DNA of 64,000 nucleotides from Eledone cirrhosa (taxonomy: Eukaryota), in NCBI GenBank assembly GCA_964016885.1, contig OZ024757.1, positions 744,001 to 808,000 of the forward strand, in the 5' to 3' direction. The notes below the pieces were generated by a model. That model was not told the DNA's origin. It was given only the letters and a program-made list of their open reading frames with translations, and searched no databases. Positions within the stretch are counted from its first letter, which is position 1. Each line of letters starts with the position of its first letter. The position numbers and the translations under genes were made by a program. Positions 1 through 12,967 of this stretch are shown in pieces.

Positions 1-268
1 AAACATAATTATTAGCCACTGAATTATGATTGGACCAAATAGTAATGGTGGCGTGGGGGGAGTTAACGAGAAGATTATTTTTATAAAGGACCTACAGATT
101 CGACCATCATTATGAAAAGTTAAAGGGACAATATAAATACTGATAGGTAAATTAGACCAAGAAAGATGGAGAGACAAGGAAATGAAGTGAAATACATTAC
201 ATTTCTCAAAACAACAATTCGGCAACAGTAAGATTCGACAAATTCTGATTCATAACTCTCGACAGGTT

Positions 269-306
<38 letters not shown>

Positions 307-507
307 CATTATTCTACAGAGTACTCAATACTTGAGATAATAGAGCATGACAACTGAGCTGACAGCTTGCCATTGGAACAGCTAGTTCCATATATATATG
401 TATATATATACATTATTGAAAGCCTATTGTGAACTACTGATGAGATTTGTGGCTGGAGCAATGCACCAGACTGACAGACATTGACAAATGTATATATGTC
501 TATATAT

Positions 508-1250
508 AGACATTACACAAGGTTGTATAATGTAACATGTGTATATATATGTCTATATATATATAGACATTACACAAGGTTGTATAATGTAACATATGTA
601 TATATATGTCTATATATATATAGACATTACACAAGGTTGTATAATGTAACATATGTATATATATGTCTATATATATAGACATTACACAAGGTTGTACAAT
701 GTAACATATGTATATATATGTCTATATATATATAGACATTACACAAGGTTGTATAATGTAACATATGTATATATATGTCTATATATATATAGACATTACA
801 CAAGGTTGTATAATGTAACATATGTATATATATGTCTATATATAGACATTACACAAGGTTGTATAATGTAACATATGTATATATATGTCTATATATATAT
901 AGACATTACACAAGGTTGTATAATGTAACATATGTATATATATGTCTATATATATATAGACATTACACAAGGTTGTATAATGTAACATATGTATATATAT
1001 GTCTATATATATAGACATTACACAAGGTTGTACAATGTAACATATGTATATATATATATGTCTGTATATATAGACATTACACAAGGTTGTATAATGTAAT
1101 ATTGACATATGTAGATATATTTCTGTATATATAGACATTACACAAGGTTGTATAATGTAATATTGACATATGTAGATATATTTCTGTATATATAGACATT
1201 AGACAAGGTTGTATAATGTAATATTGACATATGTATATATATATATATAT
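508..1250. repeat. ~57-bp TA-rich minisatellite (GACATTACACAAGGTTGTATAATGTAACATATGTATATATATGTCTATATATATATA), first segment
   Basis: Visible tandem units with variable TA-run length. The array resumes at ~2975-3150 and ~5389-5755 after LINE insertions. Confidence 0.95.
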
Positions 1251-2953
1251 GTCATGAAAGTAACAGAAAGAGTTATAGCACAGCTGATTAGGGACCGGAG
1301 GAAAATAGACGAGATGCAATTTGGGTTTGTACCAGGAAGAGGCACCACTGATGCCCCCTTCCTTGTGAGGCAATTACAGGAAAAGTACCTAGCTAAAAGT
1401 AAGCCTCTCTACTTGGCATTTGTCGACCTTGAGAAAGCCTTTGACAGAGTTCCACGTGCTGTAATCTAGTGGGCTCTTAGAAAACTAGGAGTAGATGAAT
1501 GGCTTGTGAAAGCGGTACAAGCCATGTATAAGGGAGCAGTCAGCAAAGTTAGGATTAGCAATGAGTATAGCGAGGAATTTAGCGTACAGGTTGGGGGCCA
1601 CCAGGGCTCTGTTCTTAGCCCTCTCCTGTTCATCATAGTCCTGCAGGCAATAATGGAGGAGTTTAAGACCGGATGCCCATGGGAACTCCTGTATGCTGAT
1701 GACCTCGCACTCATAGCTGAATCTATGGTAGAACTAGAGAATAAATTCCAAACTTGGAAGCAGGGACTAGAAAGAAAGGGTCTCAAAGTCAACATGACAA
1801 AGACTAAGGTCCTTGTAAGTAGACGAGAAAACAGAACCCAGATCCCCTCAGGGAAATGGCCTTGCTCAGTATGTAGGAAAGGTGTAGGTAGCAACTCCAT
1901 TCTCTGCCCCAAATGCAAACAATGGGTACACAAGAGATGTAGCGGGATCTCAGGAAGCTTAATTAAGAATGTAGGATTCACATGCAGCAGCTGTGCTGAG
2001 ACAGCAAGCAGCAAACAGCCACAGGAAACAAGTACCACCAATCTCTGGGAGGGCCCTATAGAAACAGTAGACAGCTTCTGCTACCTAGGTGACCGAATTA
2101 GCAACGGAGGTGGGTGTTCAGAAAGTACAATAACTAGGGTAAGAACGGGATGGAAGAAGTTTTAGAAGTTTTGCTAGCTGCAAAAGGCTTCTCCCTCAGA
2201 ATGAAAGGCAGACTGTATGATGCGTGTATCCGAACAGCGATGCTGCATGGTAGTGAGACCTGGGCGCTGAAGGTGGAAGACTTACGTAGATTAGAGAGAA
2301 ACGAAGCCTGCATGCTCCGATGGATGTGTAACAGTAATATACGTGAACGACAAATCATAAATGAATTGAGAGAGAGACTGAGCATAAGAGGAATCAAATG
2401 CTGTATGCAGGAGAGGCGGTTGCGCTGGTATGGACATGTGATGTGTATGAAGGATGACAGCTGCATAAAAAGGTGCAGAGCACTAGAAGTTGATGGAAAC
2501 CGCGGAGTGGGGAGACCCAAGATGACCTGGAATGAGGTGATAAAAGCTGACCTTACCCAATTACACCTCTCAAAGACAATGACATACGACCGTGACTTCT
2601 GGCGTCACGCAGTAATACAGAGTACCCAACCTCCCATGGGTACAAGCTGAAGCATATAGACAATATGCCCCCACACCCCCCACCGCAAGGTGGTCGTGGA
2701 GGTGCCACGGCAAAAAAAGCACCCAACCCACACTGTAAAGTGGACGTGTAGGCGCCACGAAAAAGCACCCAGCACTCACTGTAAATGAGGTTGGTGTTAG
2801 GAAGGGCATCCAGCTGTAGAAATCAAGCCAGATCAGTTCCTGTATGAGCAAGGCATGGTCAGCCGACCAGACACTGCCCACAACAGGACAACCCGTCTAA
2901 CCCATGCTAGCGTGGAAGAACGGACGTAAAACGGTGATGATGATGATGATGAT
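1251..2953 (+). mobile_element. 5'-truncated RTE-clade LINE (family A), RT region plus 3' UTR, disrupted
   Basis: RT motifs QFGFVPGRGTTDA, FVDLEKAFDRV, HQGSVLSPLLF, LLYADD, FCYLGD and RLRWYGHV. In-frame TAG at 1467, frameshift near 2161, (GAT)n tail at ~2936-2953, flanked by TA runs. Confidence 0.93.
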
Positions 2954-3150
2954 ATATATATATATATATATATTGACATTACACAAGGTTGTATAATGTA
3001 ATATATATATGTCTGTATATATATATAGACATTACACAAGGTTGTATAATGTAATATATATATGTCTGTATATATATATAGACATTACACAAGGTTGTAT
3101 AATGTAATATTGACATATGTATATATATGTCTGTATATATAGACATCACA

Positions 3151-5388
3151 CATCATCATCATTTTACGTCTGCTTTTCCCTGCTTGCAAGGGTGGGACGG
3201 GTCTTATTCAGCACAGCATCTCTCCACTCGTCACGGTCCCTCGTCATCTCCACCGTGAGCTTCAATGATCTGAGGTCTGTTCTCACCACCTCCGCCCATG
3301 TTTTTCGTGGTCTACCTCTACCACGTCTTCCTTCAACTGGCATTTCCTGGCACTTCTTCACCCATCGGTCATCCTCCATGCACATCACATGTCCATACCA
3401 CCTCAGTCTCCTCTCCCGTACACTACATTCTATCCCTCTCAGACACAGTTTCTCTCTCAACACATTTATGCTGGGTCGTTCACGCACATTTACACTGCAC
3501 ATCCAACGGAGCATGCTTGCCTCATTTCTCTTCAACCGTCGCATATCCTCTGCAGTTGCTGCCCATGTCTCACTACCATGCAGCATCGCGCTCCTCACAC
3601 AGGCATCATACAACCGGCCTTATTCTAGATACTATGGCCTCGGAACACCCTCCTCCCATGCTAATCTGATCTCCTAGGTACCGGAAGCTATCCACCACTA
3701 TAGCGCCCTCTTGCATTTGAAAAATGTGTCTATCAGTGCGACTTCTACTGTCTAATTTCCCTGTACATCTACTGCATACATATGTTAGTTTGCCTGCTAT
3801 CCCGCTACATCTCTTGTACCCAGGATCTGCATTGTGTGCATTTTATAGAATTTATGCCAGTTCCTTTTCTGCATATCGAACATAGCCATTTCCCTGACGG
3901 AATCAGGGTTTTGTCCTCTTTTTTACTCATCAACACTTTTGTCTTAGCTAGATTCACTCTCAGTCCTCTTGCTTCCAACTGCTGTTTCCATAGCCAGAAT
4001 TTATTCTCTAGCTCCTCTACTGATTCTGCTATAAGAACCAGATCGTCAGCATAGAGAAGTTCCCATGGACAGCCAGTCTTAAACTACTCTGTTATGGCTT
4101 GGAGGACTATAATGAACAAGAGTGGGCTGAGGACCGAACCCTGATGTACTCCTACTTGTATCTGGAATTCCTCACTAAACTCCATTCCTACCCTGACTTT
4201 ACTGAGAGTACCTCTGTACAAAGTTTGCACTGTCCTCGCAAGCCATTCCTCAACACCTAGCTTCCTTAGGGACCACCAGATGACAGATCGGGGTACCCTA
4301 TCAAAGGCCTTCTCTAGGTCAACAAAGGCTAAGTATAGTGGCTTATTCTTCTCTAAGAACCTCTCTTGCAATTGTCTCACCAAGAAGAGGGCATCTGTTG
4401 TACTCTTCCCAGGCACAAAACCAAACTGCATCTCATCTAATTTGACCCTTTCTCTAATTAGTTGTGCTAAAATCCTTTCTGCCACTTTCATAACCTGTTC
4501 TATCAGTTTTATACCCCTATAATTGCTCCTCTCCAAAGCATCCCCTTTACCTTTGTAGCAATTTATGAGAATACTGCTGCACCAGTGTTTGGGTATGACA
4601 CCACCATATATAGCCTGATTGATGATGCATGCAACCAGTTTAGTGCCTACGTCCCCTGATGCCTTCCGCATCTCAGCAACTATTCCCGATGGTCCGGCCG
4701 CGTTACCATTTTTCATTTCCCTAATCGCCTCTTGGACCCTATATTCGTCAATCTCAATAGCTGGTCCCTCTGTCGGATCTACCAAGGGTAATTTCTCTCT
4801 CTCCCATTCGTTCTCCACATTCATCAGTCTCTCATAATGACATTCCAGGCCTCCTTTTTCTGATCATTCGTGACACTAAGTACACCGGCATCATTTCGCA
4901 CACATTTATCTCCAACAACATCCTGATTTGCATTGACACACTGCCTTGCAATGTGGAACACTGCACTTCTCTGATCTTCCCGTCGCAGAACATTGGCAAA
5001 CCTCCTACTCTCTGCCTCCCTGCGTGCTAAGTACACCTGACGTCTAGCTTCTCTCTTAGTGGCTGTATATTCTTCCCTACTCCCACCCTTTTTCCAAGCT
5101 TTCATGCTAGTCTTTTGTCTCTAATAGCCTTATCTACTGTGCTGTTCCACCACCAGGTCACTCTCTGTCTGGTTGGAGCTCTGCTCCAGCCACAGGTTTC
5201 ATCAGTAGCCTGCAGCAAGTTGTCACGGAAGAAATTCCAGTTATTATCTATGTCATACGTCTCTAAATCGTCTTCTTTTTCGTCATATACATCTTGAAGG
5301 GCTTTCCTAAATTTGTATTTTAGTGAAAGGTCTTTTAGCTTCCAGACCTTTCTTCTCCACACCTTCCTATATGTCTCATTCCATCTCA
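3151..5388 (-). mobile_element. 5'-truncated RTE-clade LINE (family B), disrupted
   Basis: Minus-strand ORFs with NYRGIKL, QFGFVPGKSTTDA, VHQGSVLSPLLF and RLRWYGHV...RGRGRPRKTW. (CAT)n at 3151 is the (ATG)n tail. There is an internal deletion near 3620. Confidence 0.93.
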
Positions 5389-5755
5389 TACACAAGGTTG
5401 TATAATGTAACATATGTATATTTATGTCTATATATATAGACATTACACAAAGTTATATAATGTAATATATATATATATGTCTGTATATAGAGACATTACA
5501 CAAGGTTGTATAATGTAATATTGACATATGTATATATATGTCTGTATATATAGACATCACACAAGGTTGTATAATGTAACATATATATATTTATGTCTAT
5601 ATATATAGACATTACACAAGGTTATAAAATGTAATATATATATATATGTCTGTATATATAGACATTACAGACGGTTGTACAATGTAATATTGACATATGT
5701 ATATATGTCTGTATATATAGATATCATACAAGGTTGTATGATGTAATATTGATAA
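5389..5755. repeat. Remainder of the ~57-bp minisatellite
   Basis: Same unit, more diverged; matches the end of the array at ~29100-29580. Confidence 0.9.
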
Positions 5756-5885
5756 CAAATTAAAAAACTAAAGTAAGTTGATTTTTCAATTAAAGGTCTA
5801 TATCTAGAGATTATTGATGTAAAAGTCTAAAATTTTCTCTAATAAATCTATCTCTAGTATTTAAGTATTCTCTATTATCTCATAC

Positions 5886-5904
5886 TGTTTCTTTCTTATT
5901 TCAG
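5886..5904 (+). other. Putative 3' splice acceptor of the ZNF copy 1 exon
   Basis: Polypyrimidine tract plus AG (ctgtttctttcttatttcag), conserved in copy 2 at 29706-29724. Confidence 0.6.
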
Positions 5905-6261
5905 AATACCAGATGACATTGGAATAAATTTTTAAACCTTGGATACATCAACATTTATCATCAAAGACTAAAGTGTTTTATACAGAACTGATATAACACT
6001 GTTTATATAAATCTATGACTGACTTAGTGTACAATATTTCATCAGAAGTGAGTTTATTGGCAAATGTTCGTTTCTTCACTATCTCGAATGAAGATTTTGT
6101 ATTTTAATTAAACTTGGATGACAAAGAAGTTTTCATAATCTTCAGATATTAACTGAGATCAAAGTTGATAGAAATATAGAATCAGACAATATTTCTAGAA
6201 ATATAATATAAATAAAACACAAGAAAAACGTCTATATACTTTGGTGAGAAGAAGAAACATT

Positions 6262-8883
6262 ATGGAAAATAAGTTGGGTGAAAAGAAGGTTAAATGTGAA
6301 ACATTGCCTAAAGGTATTAGTATTCCTAATGAGATAACAAAGAATAGAGGAGAGAAGCCATACCATTGTGATATCTGTGGTAAATCATTCTCTCAGAAAG
6401 GACACTTAACAAGACACAATCTCATCCATACAGGAGAGAAACCATACCATTGTAATATCTGTGGTAAATCATTCTCTCGAGATAATGTCTTCACAAATCA
6501 CAAACGTATTCATACAGGAGAGAAACCATACCACTGTGATATCTGTGGTAAATCATTTTCAAAGAAAGGAAACTTATTAACACACAATCTTACTCATACA
6601 GGAGAGAAGCCATACCATTGTAATATCTGTGGTAAGTCATTTTCACAGAAAGGAAGCTTATTAACACACAATCTTACTCATACAGGAGAGAAACCATACC
6701 ACTGTGATATCTGTGGTAAATCATTCTCTCTGAAAAGACACTTAACAACACACAATCTCATCCATACAGGAGAGAAACCATACCATTGTAATATCTGTGG
6801 TAAATCATTCTCTCAAAATAATGCCTTAACAAATCACAAACGTGTTCATACAGGAGAGAAACCATACCAGTGTGATATCTGTGGTAAATCATTCTCTCAG
6901 AAAGTACACTCAGCAACACACAATCTCATCCATACAGGAGTGAAGCCCTATCACTGTGATATCTGTGGTAAATCATTCTCTCTGAAAAGACACTTAACAA
7001 CACACAATCTCATCCATACAGGAGAGAAACCATACCATTGCAATATCTGTGGTAAATCATTCTCTCAAAATAATGTCTTAACAAATCACAAACGTATTCA
7101 TACAGGAGAGAAACCATACCACTGTGATATCTGTGGTAAAGCATTCTCTCTGAAAGGACACTTAACAACACACAATCTCATCCATACAGGAGAGAAACCA
7201 TTCCACTGTGATATCTGTGGTAAATCATTTTCAAAGAAAGGAAACTTATTAACACACAATCTTACTCATACAGGAGAGAAGCCATACCATTGTAATATCT
7301 GTGGTAAGTCATTTTCACAGAAAGGAAGCTTATTAACACACAATCTTACTCATACAGGAGAGAAACCATACCACTGTGATATCTGTGGTAAATCATTCTC
7401 TCTGAAAAGACACTTAACAACACACAATGTCATCCATACAGGAGAGAAACCATACCATTGTAATATCTGTGGTAAATCATTCTCTCAAAATAATGCCTTA
7501 ACAAATCACAAACGTGTTCATACAGGAGAGAAACCATACCAGTGTGATATCTGTGGTAAATCATTCTCTCAGAAAGTACACTCAGCAACACACAATCTCA
7601 TCCATACAGGAGTGAAGCCCTATCACTGTGATATCTGTGGTAAATCATTCTCTCTGAAAAGACACTTAACAACACACAATCTCATCCATACAGGAGAGAA
7701 ACCATACCATTGTAATATCTGTGGTAAATCATTCTCTCAAAATAATGTCTTAACAAATCACAAACGTATTCATACAGGAGAGAAACCATACCACTGTGAT
7801 ATCTGTGGTAAAGCATTCTCTCTGAAAGGACACTTAACAACACACAATCTCATCCATACAGGAGAGAAACCATTCCACTGTGATATCTGTGGTAAATCAT
7901 TCTCTCAAAATAATGTCTTAACAAATCACAAACGTATTCATACAGGAGAGAAACCATACCACTGTGATATCTGTGGTAAATCATTCTCTCAAAATAATGT
8001 CTTAACCAGTCACAAATCTATTCATACAGAAGAGAAGCCATATCACTGTAATATCTGTGGTAAGTCATTTTCACAGAAAGGAAACTTATTAACACACAAT
8101 CTTACTCATACAGGAGAGAAGCCATACCATTGTAATATCTGTGGTAAGTCATTTTCACAGAAAGGAAGCTTATTAACACACAATCTTACTCATACAAGAG
8201 AGAAACCATACCACTGTGATATCTGTGGTAAAGCATTCTCTCTGAAAAGATACTTAACAACACACAATCTCATCCATACAGGAGAGAAGCCCTATCACTG
8301 TGATATCTGTGGTAAATCATTCTCTCAAAATAATGTCTTAACAAATCACAAACGTATTCATACAGGAGAGAAACCATACCACTGTGATATCTGTGGTAAA
8401 TCATTCTCTCAAAATAATGTGTTAACAAATCACAAATCTATTCATACAGAAGAGAAGCCATATCACTGTAATATCTGTGGTAAATCATTTTCACAGAAAG
8501 GACACTTATTAGCACACAATCTTACTCATACAGGAGAGAAGCCATACCATTGTAATATCTGTGGTAAGTCATTTTCACAGAAAGGAAGCTTATTAACACA
8601 CAATCTTACTCATACAGGAGAGAAGCCATACCATTGTAATATCTGTGGTAAATCATTTTCACAGAAAGGACACTTATTAGCACACAATCTTACTCATACA
8701 GGAGAGAAGCCATACCATTGTAATATCTGTGGTAAGTCATTTTCACAGAAAGGAAGCATATTAACACACAATCTTACTCATACAGGAGAGAAACCATACT
8801 ACTGTGATATCTGTGGTAAATTATTCTCTCTGGAAGGACATTTAACAACACACAATCTCATCCATATAGGAGAGAAACCATAG
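6262..8883 (+). CDS. Tandem C2H2 zinc-finger protein with 30 fingers; no effector domain in this exon
   Basis: ATG at 6262. Thirty 84-bp units from 6361 encode YxCxxCGKSFSxxxxLxxHxxxHTGEKP. The ORF ends at TAG 8881, which replaces a linker TAC. Upstream coding exons cannot be excluded. Confidence 0.9.
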   Translation: MENKLGEKKVKCETLPKGISIPNEITKNRGEKPYHCDICGKSFSQKGHLTRHNLIHTGEKPYHCNICGKSFSRDNVFTNHKRIHTGEKPYHCDICGKSFSKKGNLLTHNLTHTGEKPYHCNICGKSFSQKGSLLTHNLTHTGEKPYHCDICGKSFSLKRHLTTHNLIHTGEKPYHCNICGKSFSQNNALTNHKRVHTGEKPYQCDICGKSFSQKVHSATHNLIHTGVKPYHCDICGKSFSLKRHLTTHNLIHTGEKPYHCNICGKSFSQNNVLTNHKRIHTGEKPYHCDICGKAFSLKGHLTTHNLIHTGEKPFHCDICGKSFSKKGNLLTHNLTHTGEKPYHCNICGKSFSQKGSLLTHNLTHTGEKPYHCDICGKSFSLKRHLTTHNVIHTGEKPYHCNICGKSFSQNNALTNHKRVHTGEKPYQCDICGKSFSQKVHSATHNLIHTGVKPYHCDICGKSFSLKRHLTTHNLIHTGEKPYHCNICGKSFSQNNVLTNHKRIHTGEKPYHCDICGKAFSLKGHLTTHNLIHTGEKPFHCDICGKSFSQNNVLTNHKRIHTGEKPYHCDICGKSFSQNNVLTSHKSIHTEEKPYHCNICGKSFSQKGNLLTHNLTHTGEKPYHCNICGKSFSQKGSLLTHNLTHTREKPYHCDICGKAFSLKRYLTTHNLIHTGEKPYHCDICGKSFSQNNVLTNHKRIHTGEKPYHCDICGKSFSQNNVLTNHKSIHTEEKPYHCNICGKSFSQKGHLLAHNLTHTGEKPYHCNICGKSFSQKGSLLTHNLTHTGEKPYHCNICGKSFSQKGHLLAHNLTHTGEKPYHCNICGKSFSQKGSILTHNLTHTGEKPYYCDICGKLFSLEGHLTTHNLIHIGEKP

Positions 8884-9900
<1,017 letters not shown>

Positions 9901-10140
9901 ATAAGACAAGATAAAAACCACACCAGTCACCCAGGATTGTGCCACCTATGTTGTAAATGTTCATAATAAAACTGGTTTACTAAAAAATTACCCTCCTCTC
10001 AGTTTATTTGTAGAAGATCTAACCAAGACTTGTGTTGAAACTACTGTATGGTATAGAATTTACTAATTTAGTCAATTTATTATCAAAGTTGAATATGTTC
10101 CCGAATGAATAGAAGGGATCACACACAGTTAACCCTGTAA

Positions 10141-11295
10141 AATGGTAAATAACTGAAAAGAGAGACTACCTCCAACTAACCCCAAAGAGGGACCAGCTAT
10201 TGAAATAGATAGTTATAGGGTCAAAGAAGCAATCAACGGGAATAAAAATGGTAAAGCTGCTGTTCCATTAGAAATAACTGAGATGTTGAAAGATTCTGGG
10301 GAAGTAGATGTCAAACTAGTTACGTACGAAGTCAATCAGATAATATAGAATGGGGCCATACCCAATAACTGACATAGTAGTATACTAATATAATGCTATA
10401 AAGGAAAAGGTGAGGTACTAGAAAGGAGCAACTACTCAGGCATGAAACTAATGGAACAAGTAATGGAAATGTGAGAAAGAGTTTTAATACAACTACTTAG
10501 AGAAATAATCAAATTAGATGAGATGTTAGATTTTATGCCAGGGAGAAGTACTACAGATATACTCTTTTCTTAATGACAAAACTACGAGAGAAGTTACTAG
10601 CTAAGAATAAGCCTCTGTATCTAAATATTGTTCATGTGGAGAAGTCCTTTGACAGAGTATCTATCTGTCATCTGGTGGTCCTTAAGGAAACTAGGTGTAG
10701 GAGAATGCCTTGTAAGAGAAGTGCAAGCTATGTGCAGAGAAACTGTTAGTAAAGTGAGTTTGGTTCTGAGTTTAGTGTGGAAATGTACAGGTAGGAGTCC
10801 ATCAGAGTTCAGTCCTCAGCCCAATCTTGTTTATCATTATCCTTCAGGCCATCATTAAGCAGTTTAACATTGGCAATCCCTGGGACGTCCTATGTGCTGA
10901 TGATGTAGTACTCATAGCTGAATCTGTAGGAAAGTTAGGGACGAAATTTCAAGCATGGAAGAAGAACCAAAAGGTGAAAGGACTAAAAGTAAACTTAGCA
11001 AGCATACAATGTATGTAATGTTAGTGTGCATGAGTGAAATAGCATGAGAGGAATTGGATAGAGTATGCAAGAGAGAAGATTGTGTTGGTATGGCAAATAG
11101 AAGGTGGATAAAGAAATACAGAGAAACCCCAGTAGCTAGGACCCTTGGAAGAGGTAGACCCAGGAAGACATGGTATGAGGTTGTGAAGACTGACCTTATA
11201 AAACTAAACCTCACAACAGAAATGATAAAAGCCCATAACTGCTAGTACTATGTTGTGCAAATGAAGACCTCATTAACAACATTGAATGTGGCCTA
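10141..11295 (+). mobile_element. Old, decayed RTE LINE fragment predating the duplication
   Basis: Remnants of YKGKG, VIWWSLRKLGV, PWDVLCADD and GRGRPRKTW with many stops and frameshifts. The same fragment is at ~35562-36713. Confidence 0.85.
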
Positions 11296-11543
11296 ACTTC
11301 TCATGTCCCCTTCACATCTTCCACTAACACGCCCTAACATCTATGTTCACCATCATTACACACCTAGAATCGTCAGCTGCTGCCCCCTTAAAAGCCCTTA
11401 GATACCCCCATTATCATGCCCTGGTTGTTACTCTCTTCCCTTTATACCCTTCACACTGGCTGCTGCACTCTCTACCCCCCCCCCCCATGGCTCCATATGT
11501 ATTCATTTCCTTTCTACTGACACCCCGTCCTTAGATCCCCTCT

Positions 11544-11944
11544 CTATCTCACCCTAGTAGCTACAGTCTTCACCCTAATGTCACTATCTCACCCTAGTAG
11601 CTACTGTCTTCACCCCAATGTCACTCTCACCCTAGTAGCTACTGTCTCCATCCTAATGTCACTATCTCACACTAGTAGCTATTGTCTCCACCCCAATGTC
11701 ACTATCTCACCCTAGTAACTACTGTCTCCACCCCAATGTCACTATCTCAACCTTGTATCTACTGACGTCACCCCAATGTCACTATCTCACCCTAGTAGCC
11801 TCTGTCTTCACCCCAATGTCACTATCTCACCTTAGTAGCTATTGTCTTCACCCCAATGTCACTATCGCACCCTAGTAGCTACTGTCTTCACACCAATGTC
11901 ACTATCTCACCCTAGTAGCTATTGTCTTCACCCCAATGTCACTA
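11544..11944. repeat. 40-bp minisatellite, ~10 units (CTATCTCACCCTAGTAGCTACTGTCTTCACCCCAATGTCA)
   Basis: Visible tandem units; same unit as the large array at 36957-64000. Confidence 0.95.
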
Positions 11945-12045
11945 GGCATGAAGTATAGGTTAGAAGAGAAGAATTTAATCAAAGTCCATTCTTTAACCCA
12001 TGTTTCAATACAATATCAGTCTACAACTGCTGGTTACATATTATT

Positions 12046-12621
12046 AGTATCGGTAGAGGGTCGGACGCCATGCTTTGACGCATAGAGTTACGGTCCTTGC
12101 CATTCTGAGTTCAAATCCCGCCGAGGTTAACTTTGCCTTTCATCCTTTCGGGGTCGATAAAATAAAGTACCAGTAATGCACTGGGTAATTGCTGGCCTTG
12201 TGCCAAATGTAGAAACAATTATTATGCACAATTGACAGTATCGGTAGAGTGTTGGAAGCCATGCTTTCTAGCATAGTTACATCCCTTTATGGTCTGAGTT
12301 CAAATCCTGCCAAGGTTAAATTTGCCTTTCATCCTTACGGGGGTCGATAAAATAAAGTACCAGTAATGTACTGGTTAATTGCTGGCCTTGTGCCTAAAGT
12401 AGAAATTATTATTATGCACATTCAGCGGTGGATTGGCAGTATCAGTAGAGTCAGGCGCCATGCTTTGCAGCAAAGAGTTACGGCCCTTTATGGTCTGATT
12501 TCAAATCCCGCGAAGGTTAACGTAGCCTTTCATCATTATGGGGTCGATAAAATAAAGTACCAGTAATGTACTGGTTAATTGCTGGCCTTGTGCCAAAAGT
12601 AGAAACAATTATTATGCACAT
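12046..12621 (+). mobile_element. Three head-to-tail copies (~190 bp) of a tRNA-derived SINE with a Meta-domain-like body
   Basis: A-box-like TGGCAGTATCRGTAGAG and B-box GAGTTCAAATCC. The body 'actttgcctttcatcctttcggggtcgataaaataaagtaccagta' recurs at ~12046, ~12235 and ~12425. The family name is from memory. Confidence 0.75.
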
Positions 12622-12793
12622 TCACTAGCTATATATAAAATACTACATTTCATCAGAAAGATTTCAAAGTTCGAGGTGAGGTCGCTGCATCTTACAATAT
12701 ACAAAGACCATGTCAAGAAAAATACTTTGGTAAGCAATCTTACTTATTTTCATTTGTACACTGATCCACACATCAAATTTTATCCATACATAT

Positions 12794-12796
<3 letters not shown>

Positions 12797-12852
<56 letters not shown>
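12797..12852. repeat. (TA)n microsatellite
   Basis: Pure TA run. Confidence 0.95.
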
Positions 12853-12854
<2 letters not shown>

Positions 12855-12914
12855 GAAGGAAGTGTGGTAAGGAACCAGGTGGACCATAACACACCAGAGT
12901 ACTCGATACTTAGG

Positions 12915-12967
12915 GTTCTGGCCGTTTTGACAGCTGGATCTGAACTAGCTGTCAAAACGGCCAGAAC
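12915..12967. repeat. Perfect 21-bp inverted repeat in a ~145-bp GC-richer insert between TA runs
   Basis: gttctggccgttttgacagct (12915-12935) and agctgtcaaaacggccagaac (12947-12967). Confidence 0.9.

Noticed and set aside
415-470. CTGATGAG at ~436 as a second hammerhead
   Set aside because: No stem II followed by GAAA downstream, and no convincing stems with the upstream GAAA.
481-1373. Short ORFs rich in YI/YRHYTRL (also 28253-29583)
   Set aside because: Translations of the 57-bp minisatellite, not genes.
6241-8883. PRDM9 or a named vertebrate ZNF ortholog
   Set aside because: No KRAB, SSXRD or PR/SET sequence is visible; the similarity is only generic finger consensus. The TTG start at 6241 was replaced by ATG 6262.
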